The notes under the pieces are model-generated. The model worked only from the letters and a program-made list of their open reading frames with translations, had not been told where the DNA came from and did no database searches. From Anthoceros angustus (lineage: Eukaryota > Plantae > Anthocerotophyta): a stretch of 64,000 nt of DNA. The DNA is taken from contig VJWM01000019.1 of NCBI GenBank assembly GCA_010909165.1, forward strand, positions 372,001 to 436,000, in the 5' to 3' direction. Positions 39,555-51,489 of this stretch are shown one piece after another. Every line of letters starts with the position of its first letter. Position 1 is the first letter of the stretch. Made by a program: the position numbers and the translations under genes.

Positions 39555-41606
39555 CTAGACTACTGCTACTGCAGGAGTCTTGGCCAACCGCACCTTGCGA
39601 AGTCTTTCTGCGATGATGAACGCCAGCTCAAGAGACTGTGAGGCATTAAGACGAGGGTCGCAGTGGGTGTGATACCGAGAGTGCAGGTCTTCTTCCCGAA
39701 CTTTCTTCGACCCACCAGTGCACTCTGTCACGTTCTGCCCGGTCATTTCCAAGTGCACACCTCCAGGGTGGCTTCCTTCCTCTGCGTGCACGTCAAAGAA
39801 AGCCTTCACCTCGTCCTGCGAGCCAAAGGGCGGACACCCACGCAATTGAGAGCCAGGACCACCACCACACGAACCCGTGACAGCTAACGTTCGGGAAAGG
39901 CAAGAAAATGCAGGAGTAGCAGGGGCTTCACTGACCAGAATGGCATCGAAAGGGCGGGTCTTGAGGCCGCAGGGAGCCTTGACGGTGTTGCCATGCATGG
40001 GGTCGGACACCCAGGTGACGATGATGCCCGCCTGGCGCACAGCACGGATGAGCGCCGGCAGCTTCTGCCTCAGCTTCTCTGCCCCCATACGCACGATGAC
40101 TGTCAATCGCCCAGGCTTGTTCTCGGGGTTGAGCAGCTCGCAGATCGTCACCAGCTCGGCCGGGTCCATCTTGTCGCTCACCTGCACCAGGGCCGAGTGG
40201 GCAGGTCAGTCCCGTGCTACCTCCAGCTTGCAAGTCAGCATTGGAACAAATTTCACACCGGACTTGTGGCCGCAATTGTTCCATACCTTGACGCCGATGG
40301 GATTGGCGACGCCGCGAAGGAATTCCACATGAGCCCCGTCCAGCTGCCGCGTCCGCTCCCCGATCCACAGCATGTGCGCCGAGCAGTCGTACCAGAGCCC
40401 GGATGTGGAATCGAGGCGCGTCAGGGCCTGCTCGTACGGCAGCAGCAGGCACTCGTGAGACGTGAAGAAGTCCGTGGACGACATGATGGGGTGGTCCAGG
40501 GTCAGGCCGCAGGCCTGCATGAATCCCAGAGCCTCGTCCACCCTGTGAGCAAGCTCCTGGTACCTGCATTGCATAGCCGAGCCACACGAGCCGGATCCGC
40601 CATCAGCCAAAGCCGTCGCAAGCAGCAAGAGCAATTCGCTTCCAAACATCAAGGCAAGGCAAAGCAAGAAACAGAAAGGAGGAGGCAAAGAAAGAAGCTC
40701 TCGGCTACCTGCTTCCCTGCTCGCTGTCAGCGGTGAAGTCCAGATTCCACTGATTGGAGCGCTGCATAGCGGCAAAGCCTCCGGTGGCGAAGGCGCGGAG
40801 AAGGTTGAGCGTGGCGGCGGCCTGGCTGTAGGCCTTCACCATGCGCTGCGGGTCCGGGACGCGGGCCTTCTCGTTGAAGGCGTCGCCATTGACGTTGTCG
40901 CCCCGGTAGGTCGGGAGAGAGACCCCGTCCACCTCCTCCGTCGGAGAGGACCGGGGCTTGGCGAACTGTCCAGCCATGCGCCCCACCTGACGAGCAAGGT
41001 CCACAAGTGTGAGCTACATTGCAGCGATGGATTGTCACCACCAAAGGCAAGGATGAGCCATCGGCACCTACCTTGACGACAGGCATCTGGCCCCCAAACA
41101 TGAGCACCACTCCCATCTGCAGGATGACGCGCAGCGTGTCCCGGATGTAGTTGGCATTGAATTCCTTGAAGCTCTCGGCGCAATCGCCGCCCTGCAGCAG
41201 GAAGGCCCGGCCCAGTGCAGCCTCCCCGAGCTTCTCCTCCAAGTGGCGGGCCTCCCCGGCGAACACCAGCGGGGGGAAGGCCTCCAGGCTCTGCAGCACC
41301 GCCTCCAGCTCCGCCTTGTCGGGGTACTCCGGGAGCTGGAGGCGCGCTTCCTCCGCCAGCTCGCCGGCGTCCACTCCACAGCTTCCTCCTTCCCCGGCGG
41401 CCTCTCCACCACCTGCTGCTGCTGCGTCCGTACAGGCTCCGCCGCGTGTACGGCCCGCACGCTCACGCCCAGGCCGCCCCGGCATTGCCATTCCCCGCCT
41501 GCACCCTCCGCGGCCCCCGCAACGCCGCGTTCTGCTCTCCCAGGGACGACAGGCCCGGGAGGAGAGCCCCCGCCTTCCCCAGCCCGGACACCGCCGCCAT
41601 GGCCAT
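39555..41606 (-). CDS. DHS: Class II DAHP synthase, plastid; exons 41606-41072, 40986-40709, 40563-40287, 40180-39936, 39815-39555; two apparent 1-nt deletions in exon 1
   Basis: [79 protein letters not shown] and [10 protein letters not shown], with GT-AG junctions. Confidence 0.93.
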
Positions 41607-44600
41607 CGCTCACGACTCGACGTTCACGATTCGATTCGCGACTCAAGAGACGGCGATTCACTCCCGACTCACTCTCGACGCAGCACGAGGCAGGAGGGGA
41701 GGGAGGAGGAAGCAATGCAGCAATGCAGCAGAGCGGGAAGGGGAAGGGGAAGGGGAAGGCGAGGCAGGAGGGAATGCGGTGCGAGAGACGGGGAGGGGCG
41801 GGGTGAAATAGGGAGGGGAATGCCCGGGGATGGGAGAGCCGGGTCGGAGGAGGAAACCGACCTACCAATCGGACAACAGTGAAAGGTTGAAGGACGAGGG
41901 AAAGAGGGGAGGGTGAATTAGGCGGCAGCAGCGGCAGCGGCAGCGGCAGCGGCAGCCGATGCCGATGCCCTTGTCGATGGATTCCGCGGCAGGTTCTGGC
42001 GATGGCGGAGCGCAGGGACTTGGAGGCTGGGTGCGTTGCATTTGGATTCACAGAAATTGCCGGAATTTCAGGGCACGGGAAAATGAATTTGTTCATAATT
42101 CTAACCTGGGCCCCACCCTGGGTCGTGGCTCGATACCTGTCATTGAAAAGGGAGGAGCGGAGGGCCGGCGCCGCCCACCGGTCCGTTCGCAGGGGCCCAT
42201 GGGCCCATGGCAGCCGATCCTGGACGCCGGACCGCGTGCACGTGGGTGGGTCGGTGCGGAGCTTCGGCAAAGGATTAAAGTATCCACCATTATTGGAGCG
42301 CGGAATATGACTACTCCCAATTTCTGCATGCAAAATGGCCACATGCGGAGTCCGACTATGGGCCATGCAGCGGAGGCGAGGGGCCGCCCGGGGCTCAGGC
42401 CACCCAGCCACCCGGGCAGCCGGGCAGCCGGGCTGTCGGGCTGCCCGCTGCCCGGGTGCCCGGGTGCCGGGCTGCGGACTCGTCCTCGCACACCAGCTTG
42501 TCAGGGAGTTGGGTTTATCTCAGGAGCAGCAGAGCAGCACAAATGGCGTGTACGACACCCGCAGTCTTAGCGTCGTTGATCACAGCAGCTTGGTGCTTTC
42601 AGACACCACGTTACCGGTGCTTCGGAGTCACATTCCACACACTTCGTGAGCCATCACGATCCGTTCTGCTGCAGAGGAGAGGGCACAGCAGAGATTGTAC
42701 CGGTTGAAGTCAGTCAGCAGGCGAAGCAGAGGAGGAGGAGAAAGAAGGGGACACTGGGCTGTCTGATTTGACAAGTCTGTGGGGCCTGCGTTCTATGTAC
42801 AAACTTACCTGCTCCTCCTGCTGTCCCTAGTTACCAAACCGGTGCACTGCATATGACCACATGGGGACCAGGTCCGTGGTACGTACGCAGCGCAGCAGCC
42901 CAGGAGCAGCAATGCGGACCAGTCTATTGGAGTCTGCATATGCGAATCTCGTGAGGCAGCAGCGAGGGCTGTGCTTGGTTTGCCCCATCTCACTTGCTTT
43001 GGAGGACACTGACGCTGGAGAGGAGAACGGGCATCTTCTCACCTAGCACGGCATGCAGTGATGGACCTGGAATGTGTAGCTCCTCCTGCACTCCTCATAA
43101 TCTCTCACGTTGGGTACCTATCCTTGTCCCAATTATTGGCCCGTGAGCTTGAGGACTGGGAGGAAGCATGGTGCCGAGCAGCACAGTAGGTAGGCCAGAG
43201 TAGCAGTAGCAATACAGTATGTAGTAGCAAGAGTAATAGTATCAACATGATGCTCTCCAAGCTCGCGACCATATGAGGGCTTGGACATGCACATACGTAG
43301 GCAGCGCCAGAGCCAGGAATGGAAGGGAGCTGCGAATTTATTGCCAATAGTTCAGCACGCAATCGTGGCTCCCAGTCCTCACACACAAGTTGTGTACCTC
43401 TCTGCCAGAATCGCCATCGTTCAGCCGCGTCTTGGGCACTCTTCCTGCCTGTTGCCTCCCACGCGTTGACCCTGGAGGGCTTCCAGAAGGGTGAATACCT
43501 ATGACTAGCCCATAGAATTTACCAGCAAGTTGAACCCTGTTGGGAGCTGTGAACACAGGACTGTGTCTTGGTCAAACGGATGCAAGCAGGATCGAGAATC
43601 AGCTCAGCGTGGGCTGTGATGTTGAAGGTGATCATGATAATAGGGATCCTGCTAAAGCAAAATAGCCTGCTACAGCACAGGCTTATAGCACGAGGGACAC
43701 AGCAGGGAAGCCCTTGCTCCAGCGCTTTCTTCCCCTGACCTTGTCATGTCATATGGCACCAAAGTACCGTACATACTGTAGTATCACAGACTTGGGGGCC
43801 TGTGAACATGACACAAAGCGTTCTTGTTTCTGGCCACGGCCATCATTTAATGGTACTGGATGTCACATGCTCCCTGACAAGCCATACAAACACTGACGTG
43901 AACTTTGAGTACATATGTTAGTGGACACCGATCCTAGTGCCAACATTCGAGTGAACGCTTGAGCTGCCGGAGTGACAAAAGAAGCTTCACACTCCTCGCA
44001 TGCCTCACAGGGTGTTTCCAAAACGCCTTGGGACTGCTCTGATGCCTTTGACCACCAGGGCGTCGAGCGTCTTCCTTGACAATGGAGACAATCATGGTCA
44101 TTATTCTTTAATGTTAGGAGTTGGCAGGCCATCTACATCGATGCCAAGCGTATGACTGAGAGTGACTGAGGCTGCACACAGCTTCAAAGTTCCAATCGTA
44201 AATTTAGCCTTGCGGTAAAAGCTTACCATAATAAGCATCTTGGCATCAAACTAAGACTTCACAACAGTGGCCTCACTGACTTCACAACTTCACTCCTCCA
44301 CGGAGTTCCTTGTGCATTTCCTCCAGTGTCAGACTTGACAATCCTCTCCTGCTCCTTACATGCTTTCGACTGTTACATTGTCAAACGCTCCGGTCTTCGC
44401 ACCTTGTTCTCGTGCTATCAGATACTGGATCAGATCCTCCTGACGCAAGCCGCTGTTGTCACCAGCAGCAGAGACCAAGTCACGCTTGGCCTTATGCTTT
44501 GCCCTCTTCCCTTCCTCTCTACCTCTACTACACCATCTGCGCCGCCGCTCCTCGGCTTCAGCAGGAATTCGTTTCTGACGGGCTCGCTCCTTTTCTCCTT

Positions 44601-45051
44601 CGTCTCCTCGTCCGAAAGATGCACTGACACCAAGCTCACCTCCACAGATTGGGCATTCTCGTCCTCATCGCTATTTCCTAACCTAGAGGACGTAAATAAA
44701 GTTGTTGTAGCTATTTCCTAACCTCTCGCTAGCAGTTCCCCAAGGGGACGATTCGGGCCCTTTTGCTTATTATATCTCTATGTTTATTACCTAGCTAGGT
44801 ATACATGTAACTCCGCTGTTCCGAATTCATAAAATGCTTCTCCTTTTACTATTAGCCCTTTTTTGGGTTGTTCCTCCTCGGTCTTCAGGGGTAGATGGGA
44901 TTCCCCATCTCGCCTATTAATAACGTCTACTCTTTACAATTCATAAAATGGGCCACAACCCGCGACCCTTGATAGCTGGAGTTAAGTTAAATTATTTCCC
45001 TCCAGCCAGCCACGTTTGCCTTGCCCCACGAATCTAGAAGCCAACCCTTCA

Positions 45052-48000
45052 AAGAAACTGTTTCAGGTAGGTTATACTATATGTAATGAAGAAGAATAAG
45101 AATTTTATTGAAGTCCACTAAGGACGGATTTCCGTCATGGAACATGGTACTTCACAATTTGTGTCATGGTGTGCCTAAGCTACTTGCACCAAGGGCATCC
45201 ACTCCCTTTAGGCACCCCATCTAAGTACCGATCTAAGCTCAAGATGCTTAATCACTACCTTCTTATAAATGAGTGTTCATTTGGCCTAAGCCATTTGGAC
45301 ACACATCAAATTAATGAGATTAATCATTTCTTACTCAAAGCATGGATATAGTCTTTATTTTGTACGAACAAGAGTTCTCTCATGCAGTTCGACATACCAA
45401 CATATAATAAAATTAGATTATTTCTCTCAAGGCATGATTCAATACGATTATAAGAGAAGCGTTGAGTGAAAGAACTCTCACAAGGAAGTTCGGTGCGCCC
45501 CCATTAAAGTTAGGTTGAGATTATTTCTCTCAAGGCACTCCTTAATTCGGTACGATTATAAGAGAAGCCTTGAGTGAAAGAACTCTCACATGGTACGCCC
45601 CTAGTAAAGTTAGGTTATTTCTATCCAGGCAAGCATTTCTGTACCATTATTATTATGAGAGAGAAGTCCCGTATATATATGTATGTAAAAAATTCTCGCA
45701 TGGAAGTTTGATGCGATTGCAGTAAATTTGATGCGATAAGTTAGGCTATTTTCTCCAAGCGCTTCCGTTGTTATCCGGTACGATTCGGGTTATGACTTCT
45801 CTCTCACATGTAAGATTTCTCGCGACTTCTCTTTCACATAGAAGGACTCTCACGTAGGAGTTTGGCACAACCGTTATAAAATCATATACGTTATTTCTCT
45901 CGAGGCACTAGTTGATCCCGAATCATTACGCTTATGAGAGAACTTTCATGCTATCTAGAACTCGAGGTAGTCTTGCTAGAAGCCTTGCCTCCGAGTTCAG
46001 TTTCGACAAGCATATAATAAAGTTAGGTTATATCTCTCATGCATTTGTTGATCCAATACCATTATGATTATGATAGAGAAGTCTCGCGCTAAAGAATTCA
46101 TTGGGGAGGTTTGGCACCCATAGTAAAATTAGGTTATTCTTCTTGTGGCGCGACTACCGATGGACTGCCGCACAATCCCGTGTCGCTGTGGTATGGAGTC
46201 CGCTCCCAAGAGAATGATAGTCTGCTTGCCGTCACCGATTCTCACCTTTCTTCGGGTCCACTTCACCTTAACACACTCAATCTTCGCATACACCTAACTA
46301 TTTATAACGCTCACCGAACAGCTTGTGTACAAACGCTTAAGGACCCGCTTACCCGCCTGCTCGTCACATCCTTCAAATTGCCTCTCATCGCCTCTCTACA
46401 CTTATCAACCTTGAAAGAACGCTGGTTACAGCAGACCTCCTACGCTGTTCACTGGGCCTCTCCGTCCGGCTCACACCCTCCCGAGTTCCTCCGCTCACAC
46501 GCTCCCCGCCGACGCTGACCGCCCGACGAACAACCCCACTTCCCCGCACACACCACAACGCTAAGTCCGCCACAGACCTTGATCAATCTCCCGAGCCGTG
46601 CTCGCTGACTCAGACTCACGTTAGCAAGAAGACTCACAAAGGTCTGCAAGAACGCGATCAACACCAAGAGAAAGATGATTTACTAGAGCTCTTATAAGCG
46701 CCAAGGCGGCGCTTTATTACACCCCTATTCGAGCCGAGATAGCCCAGATACCTAATCGCCTACCACCCTATTTCCCCTATCTCCTTCGCCGACCGTGGTC
46801 AAGGTCCTGGCCCCGCCGAATGGGTGGTCCAACTCCCCGACAGCTTGTGGCGCACTAATGGATGATCCGTGAGGCGGGCCCTCCTCTCCCGAACTCGCCA
46901 GTTACCGCGGCGGTTCGACAACCGCCTACCACGACGCCATCCTCCTCGCCTCCTCGGTCCTTCGCCGGTGGGCCACACCATTCGCTTCTAGCGTAAGTCG
47001 GGGGCTCCCATCGCCGCACCGGCCTCGAGGTCCGCTCGACTCAACTTCGAGTCCGCTTATTTCAGTCCGGTCCAGGTCCGACCGGGTCCGACCTCGTGGT
47101 CCGGATCGGGTCCGACTCGTGGTCCGGAAAGAAACTGTTTGGTAGGTTATACTATATGTAATGAAGAAGAATAAGAATTTTATTGAAGTCCACTAAGGGA
47201 TTTCGTCATGGAACATGGTACTTCACAATTTGTGTCATGGTGTGCCTAAGCTACTTGCACCAAGGGCATCCACTCCTTTAGGCACCCCATCTTAAGTCTA
47301 AGCTCAAGATGCTTAATCACTACCTTCTTATAAATGAGTGTTCATTTGGCCTAAGCCATTTGGACACACATCAAATTAATGAGATTAATCATTTCTTACT
47401 CAAAGCATGGATATAGTCTTTTATTTTGTACGAACAAGAGTTCTCTCATGCAAATGACATACCAACATATAATAAAATTAGATTATTTCTCTCAAGGCAT
47501 GATTCAATACGATTATAAGAGAAGCGTTGAGTGAAAGAACTCTCACAAGGAAGTTCGGTGCGCCCCCATTAAAGTTAGGTTGAGATTATTTCTCTCAAGG
47601 CACTCCTTGGTCATGCGATTATAAGAGAAGCCTTGAGTGAAAGAACTCTCATAATGCGCCCTAGTAAAGTTAGGTTATTTCTATCCGGGCAAGCATTTAC
47701 TGTACCATTATTATGAGAGAAGTCCCGTATATATATGTATGTAAAATTTCGCATGGAAGTTTGATGCGATTGCGATGAATTTGATGCCGATAAGTTAGGC
47801 TATTTTCTCCAAGCGCTTCCGTTGTTATCCGGTACGATTCGGGTTATGACTTCTCTCTCACATGTAAGATTTCTCGCGACTTCTCTTTCACATAGAAGGA
47901 CTCTCACGTAGGAGTTTGGCACAACCGTTATAAAATCATATACGTTATTTCTCTCGAGGCACTAGTTGATCCCGAATCATTACGCTTATGAGAGAGAACT

Positions 48001-49300
48001 TTCATGCGCTATCTAGAACTCTGAGGCGAGTCTTGCTAGAAGCCTTGCCTCTGAGTTCAGTTCGACAAGCATATAATAAAGTTAGGTTATATCTCTCCAT
48101 GCATTTGTTGATCCAATACCATTATGATTATGATAGAGAAGTCTCGCGCTAAAGAATTCATTGGGGAGGTTTGGCACCCATAGTAAAATTAGGTTATTCT
48201 TCTTGTGGCGCGACTTTCGCTGATGGACAGCCGGGCGCGCACAATCCCGTGTCGTTGTGGTATGGAGTCCGTTCCCAAGAGAATGATAGCTCCGTTTGCC
48301 GCGCTTGTGATTCTCACCTTTCTTCGGGTCCACTTCACCTTAACACACTCAATCTTCGTTTACACCCGCTATTTATAACGTTCACGAGCAGGCCGGTGTA
48401 AAGCGTTTGAGACCCGTTTGCGTCCGTTCGTTATCCTCGTTTCTTGATCCGTTCCTCTCATCGCTCTCTCTACACTTATCAACCTTGGAAAAGAGCAAAG
48501 TGGCTACAGTCGGGACCTCCTCGTTGCTCGGCCTCTCGTCCGGGCTCTGCACACCCTCCCGTACCTCCGGCTCACGCGTTCGGTCGCTCGGCGTTGGACC
48601 GCGCTCTCGAGAACAAGGGTCCTCGATCGTCCTTCCACCGCACACACCACCACACGTTAAGTCGTCACGGGACCTTGATCGATCTCCCGGGTCGTCGTGC
48701 ACCGCTCGGTGACTCGGGACTCGCGTTAGCAAGAAGGCGAGTGCGCAGAGCGGCATCAACACCAAGAAAGATGCTTTACTAGGCTCGGCCCTCTTATCTG
48801 CGCCCAAGGCGGCGTCTTTACACCCCTATTACGGTGATAGCCATTTCGGTATACCTAATCGGCCTACCATCCTATTTCCTCCCCTATCTCCTTCGCCGTG
48901 GGTGGGAAGGTCACAGGCCCGCCTCGGGATGGGTGGTCAATCCCCGTCACAGCGGTTGTGGCGCACCCAATCGGATGATCCGTGGCGGGCCCTCCTCTCT
49001 CCGGAATCACAGTCGGGTTGGGCTCGTGCGGTCGACAGCCCGTTACCGACGTCATCCTCCTGGCCTCCCCAGGTCCTTGGCCGGTGGGGCCACCGCTCTG
49101 CTCCCCTAAGCGTAAGTCGAAGGGGCTCCTCCCTTCTTGGATCCGGTCCTCGAGGTCTGTCTCGACTCCACAGACTTGAGTCAAACTTCACAGTCGTGGC
49201 TAGGTCAGGCCTTGTCTCAGGGTCCGGACCTCGGGGTCGGTTATTCGTCGGACTTGAGTCGGACTTATTCGGGGCCGGACTTGAGTCGGACTTATTCGGT
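45052..49300. repeat. Tandem duplication A1 (45052-47127) / A2 (47128 to about 49300)
   Basis: Both units begin aaagaaactgtt..gtaggttatactatatgtaatgaagaagaataag. The AT-rich halves are nearly identical and the GC-rich halves much more divergent. Confidence 0.88.
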
Positions 49301-51489
49301 CGGACTTGGTCGGCCTCCCTCAGGTCGGACAAAGTCCGGACTCACGCCACCGGGTTTCCTCCCTCACGGACTCCTCAGTGGCTCTCCCTCGAAGTCCTCC
49401 TTGTTCCCGATCGCCCGTGACTCCTTCGTTGGCCCTCCTTCCATGGTGAGGTCGGGGTGCTTACCTCGATCGCATCCGCGCTCCCTCGTTACTCCTCCCG
49501 GTTGCTCCTCTCCGCGCTCCGTCATCTCAAGCAGGGGCCACTAGGGTCCCCTGTCTTTGTCCCGTGGCCTTCATCTCCTTGAGCCTTCCGGTCCGTCCGT
49601 TTGCGTGGTCGAGGCTTCTCGCCGGAGCTCGGTGGTAATAGGCAAAGTCAGATCGACTTGTTGAATTGCCTCTTCCACGTGTGCGGGCACCGATACTCCC
49701 CCTCGCCATAAGTGTTGGGGCGTCTTTGCCCGGCTTGTTGGGCCACCTCTCCTGCCCGGTTGTGGTGGGCAGGCTGTATCACGAGGCTACAAGGCCTCGG
49801 TCACCTCCTGCATGCCTGTTGCTCCACTCCGGCTCCGTTTCCTCTCCATTGCACTTACCGCCATAGCGCGTTCCCTCCGCCTTTCGGTGGACTGACGGCT
49901 TCTTTTCTGCTTGCGCTCCTCCGTTCATTCGGCCTTTAGCTCGCGGCTCCCTCTCGGCGGTACCTCGTCCAGACTCGGACTTCCTCCGGCTCATACAGCC
50001 TGGCAGCGTCCAACTCCTTGGATAGTCGCGATTTTCCTCCGTCTTGAGGCCGGGCTGGGCACTCTATTTCGTGCTCGAGTCGTGGATTCTCTCGTTGAGA
50101 ATCACTGCTGCTCAAGCGCATCTTGGGTTGTAGCTCCAGCGTGTCCTTCTTGTCCTCCATCTGCTGCGCCTCTCCTCTACTTCCTGCGGTGCTCGGAGAT
50201 CTCTATCTCCCGAGTCTTGGCCTCCATCTCCTCCTTTGGCCTTGCTGCTCCATAGCCTTTGTCGGCCTTGAGTTAGCCTCGGTCTGTGACTCTCTCCACG
50301 GTTCGATCACGTCGTAGTGATCCCGGTCGCTCTTTTGACCGGGCCTTCGCCGCCTTTACAGGCCTCGCCCACTTGGCCGCTCTGGCCGGGCCTCTCCGGT
50401 CCGAGCTCTCTGCTTGTGCCGGGCCTCTTAGCCTCTGCTGCGCTTCCCTTCGCTGCAAGGTCCTCCGCGCTTGGGCCTCTGAGCTTGCTTGGTGACCGCC
50501 GGTGAAGAACCTTGGATCTGTGAACCGCCGGGCCTCGCGCTCCGCCACCCGTTTCCCTTCCTCGATCCGGCGAGGGACTCCGCCTTTTCCTTTGCCCCCG
50601 CCTTCACTTGCTCTTGGGTTCCACCATCCTCCTCGGGTGGCCTCCACTTCACAGGTCTTCTCCGTACCACGAGACCCCAAAGCATTCCGTCCATGACGGT
50701 AGCGGACTTCGCCGTGTTTCTTCCACGGCCGTAGTGAGGCCCCCACAAAGTCCGTAGTGGGGCCGGCATTTCTCGATCCAGGACCTCCATACCCGGATCC
50801 GAGTAAGTCGGTGGGTTCTCGGACCTAATCGGGACCCTCGGGTCACAGTGGTGGTCAGTCTCACCCTCTTGGCCCTCTTGGCCTCTAACTCCTTTGTGCC
50901 CTCTTTCTCACAGGGCTCGGAGGTGAGGGGGTCAGGGAGCAAGCTCTTTTGCCCCTTCACATCGGGGCAGGGGCCGGCTCGAGGGGTGGGCTGCGGTGAC
51001 CTCCTGCTCCTTGGGCCACGTCCCTTTCGCCCTCCTTACGCCTCTTGACCTCTTGCCACTCCGTGGGCGGGGTAAGTCCGGCACCTCGAGTCTGCGTTGG
51101 TAAGCGGCACCGTCTTCCGCCTCTTGGCTCCCGTTGAGTTCGTCGGGCTCGGCGTGTCGTGGTTGTTGGCTGTTGTCTGCGGTCGGGCCGCCAGCCCTCA
51201 TCGGCTCCCTCATGCTTGCTCGAGGGCACCAAAAGGAGGAAGGGGAATCTCCTCCCAAACTTCACAGGTGGTGAGGGGTTCGCTCGACGTATGGAGTCAG
51301 GAATCCTCGATCGTCCTCCTCCAGTCGCTTGGTCTTGAAGGGCGACCCCCACCTCAGGCGCCCTTGCACGCTCTACTTGGCGGGGCCTCCGGCCCCGGGC
51401 GCCCGTTCAGCTCTCCCTCCTTGAGGAGCTCGAAATGTCCCCATGAATCGGTATGGGGTCACCCGATAAGGCTTCTCGCTCCTTAAGCG

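Noticed and set aside
41068-42411. 447-aa minus-strand ORF and overlapping plus-strand ORFs
   Set aside because: Explained by the GC-rich promoter plus the frameshifted DAHP synthase exon 1. They are shadow ORFs.
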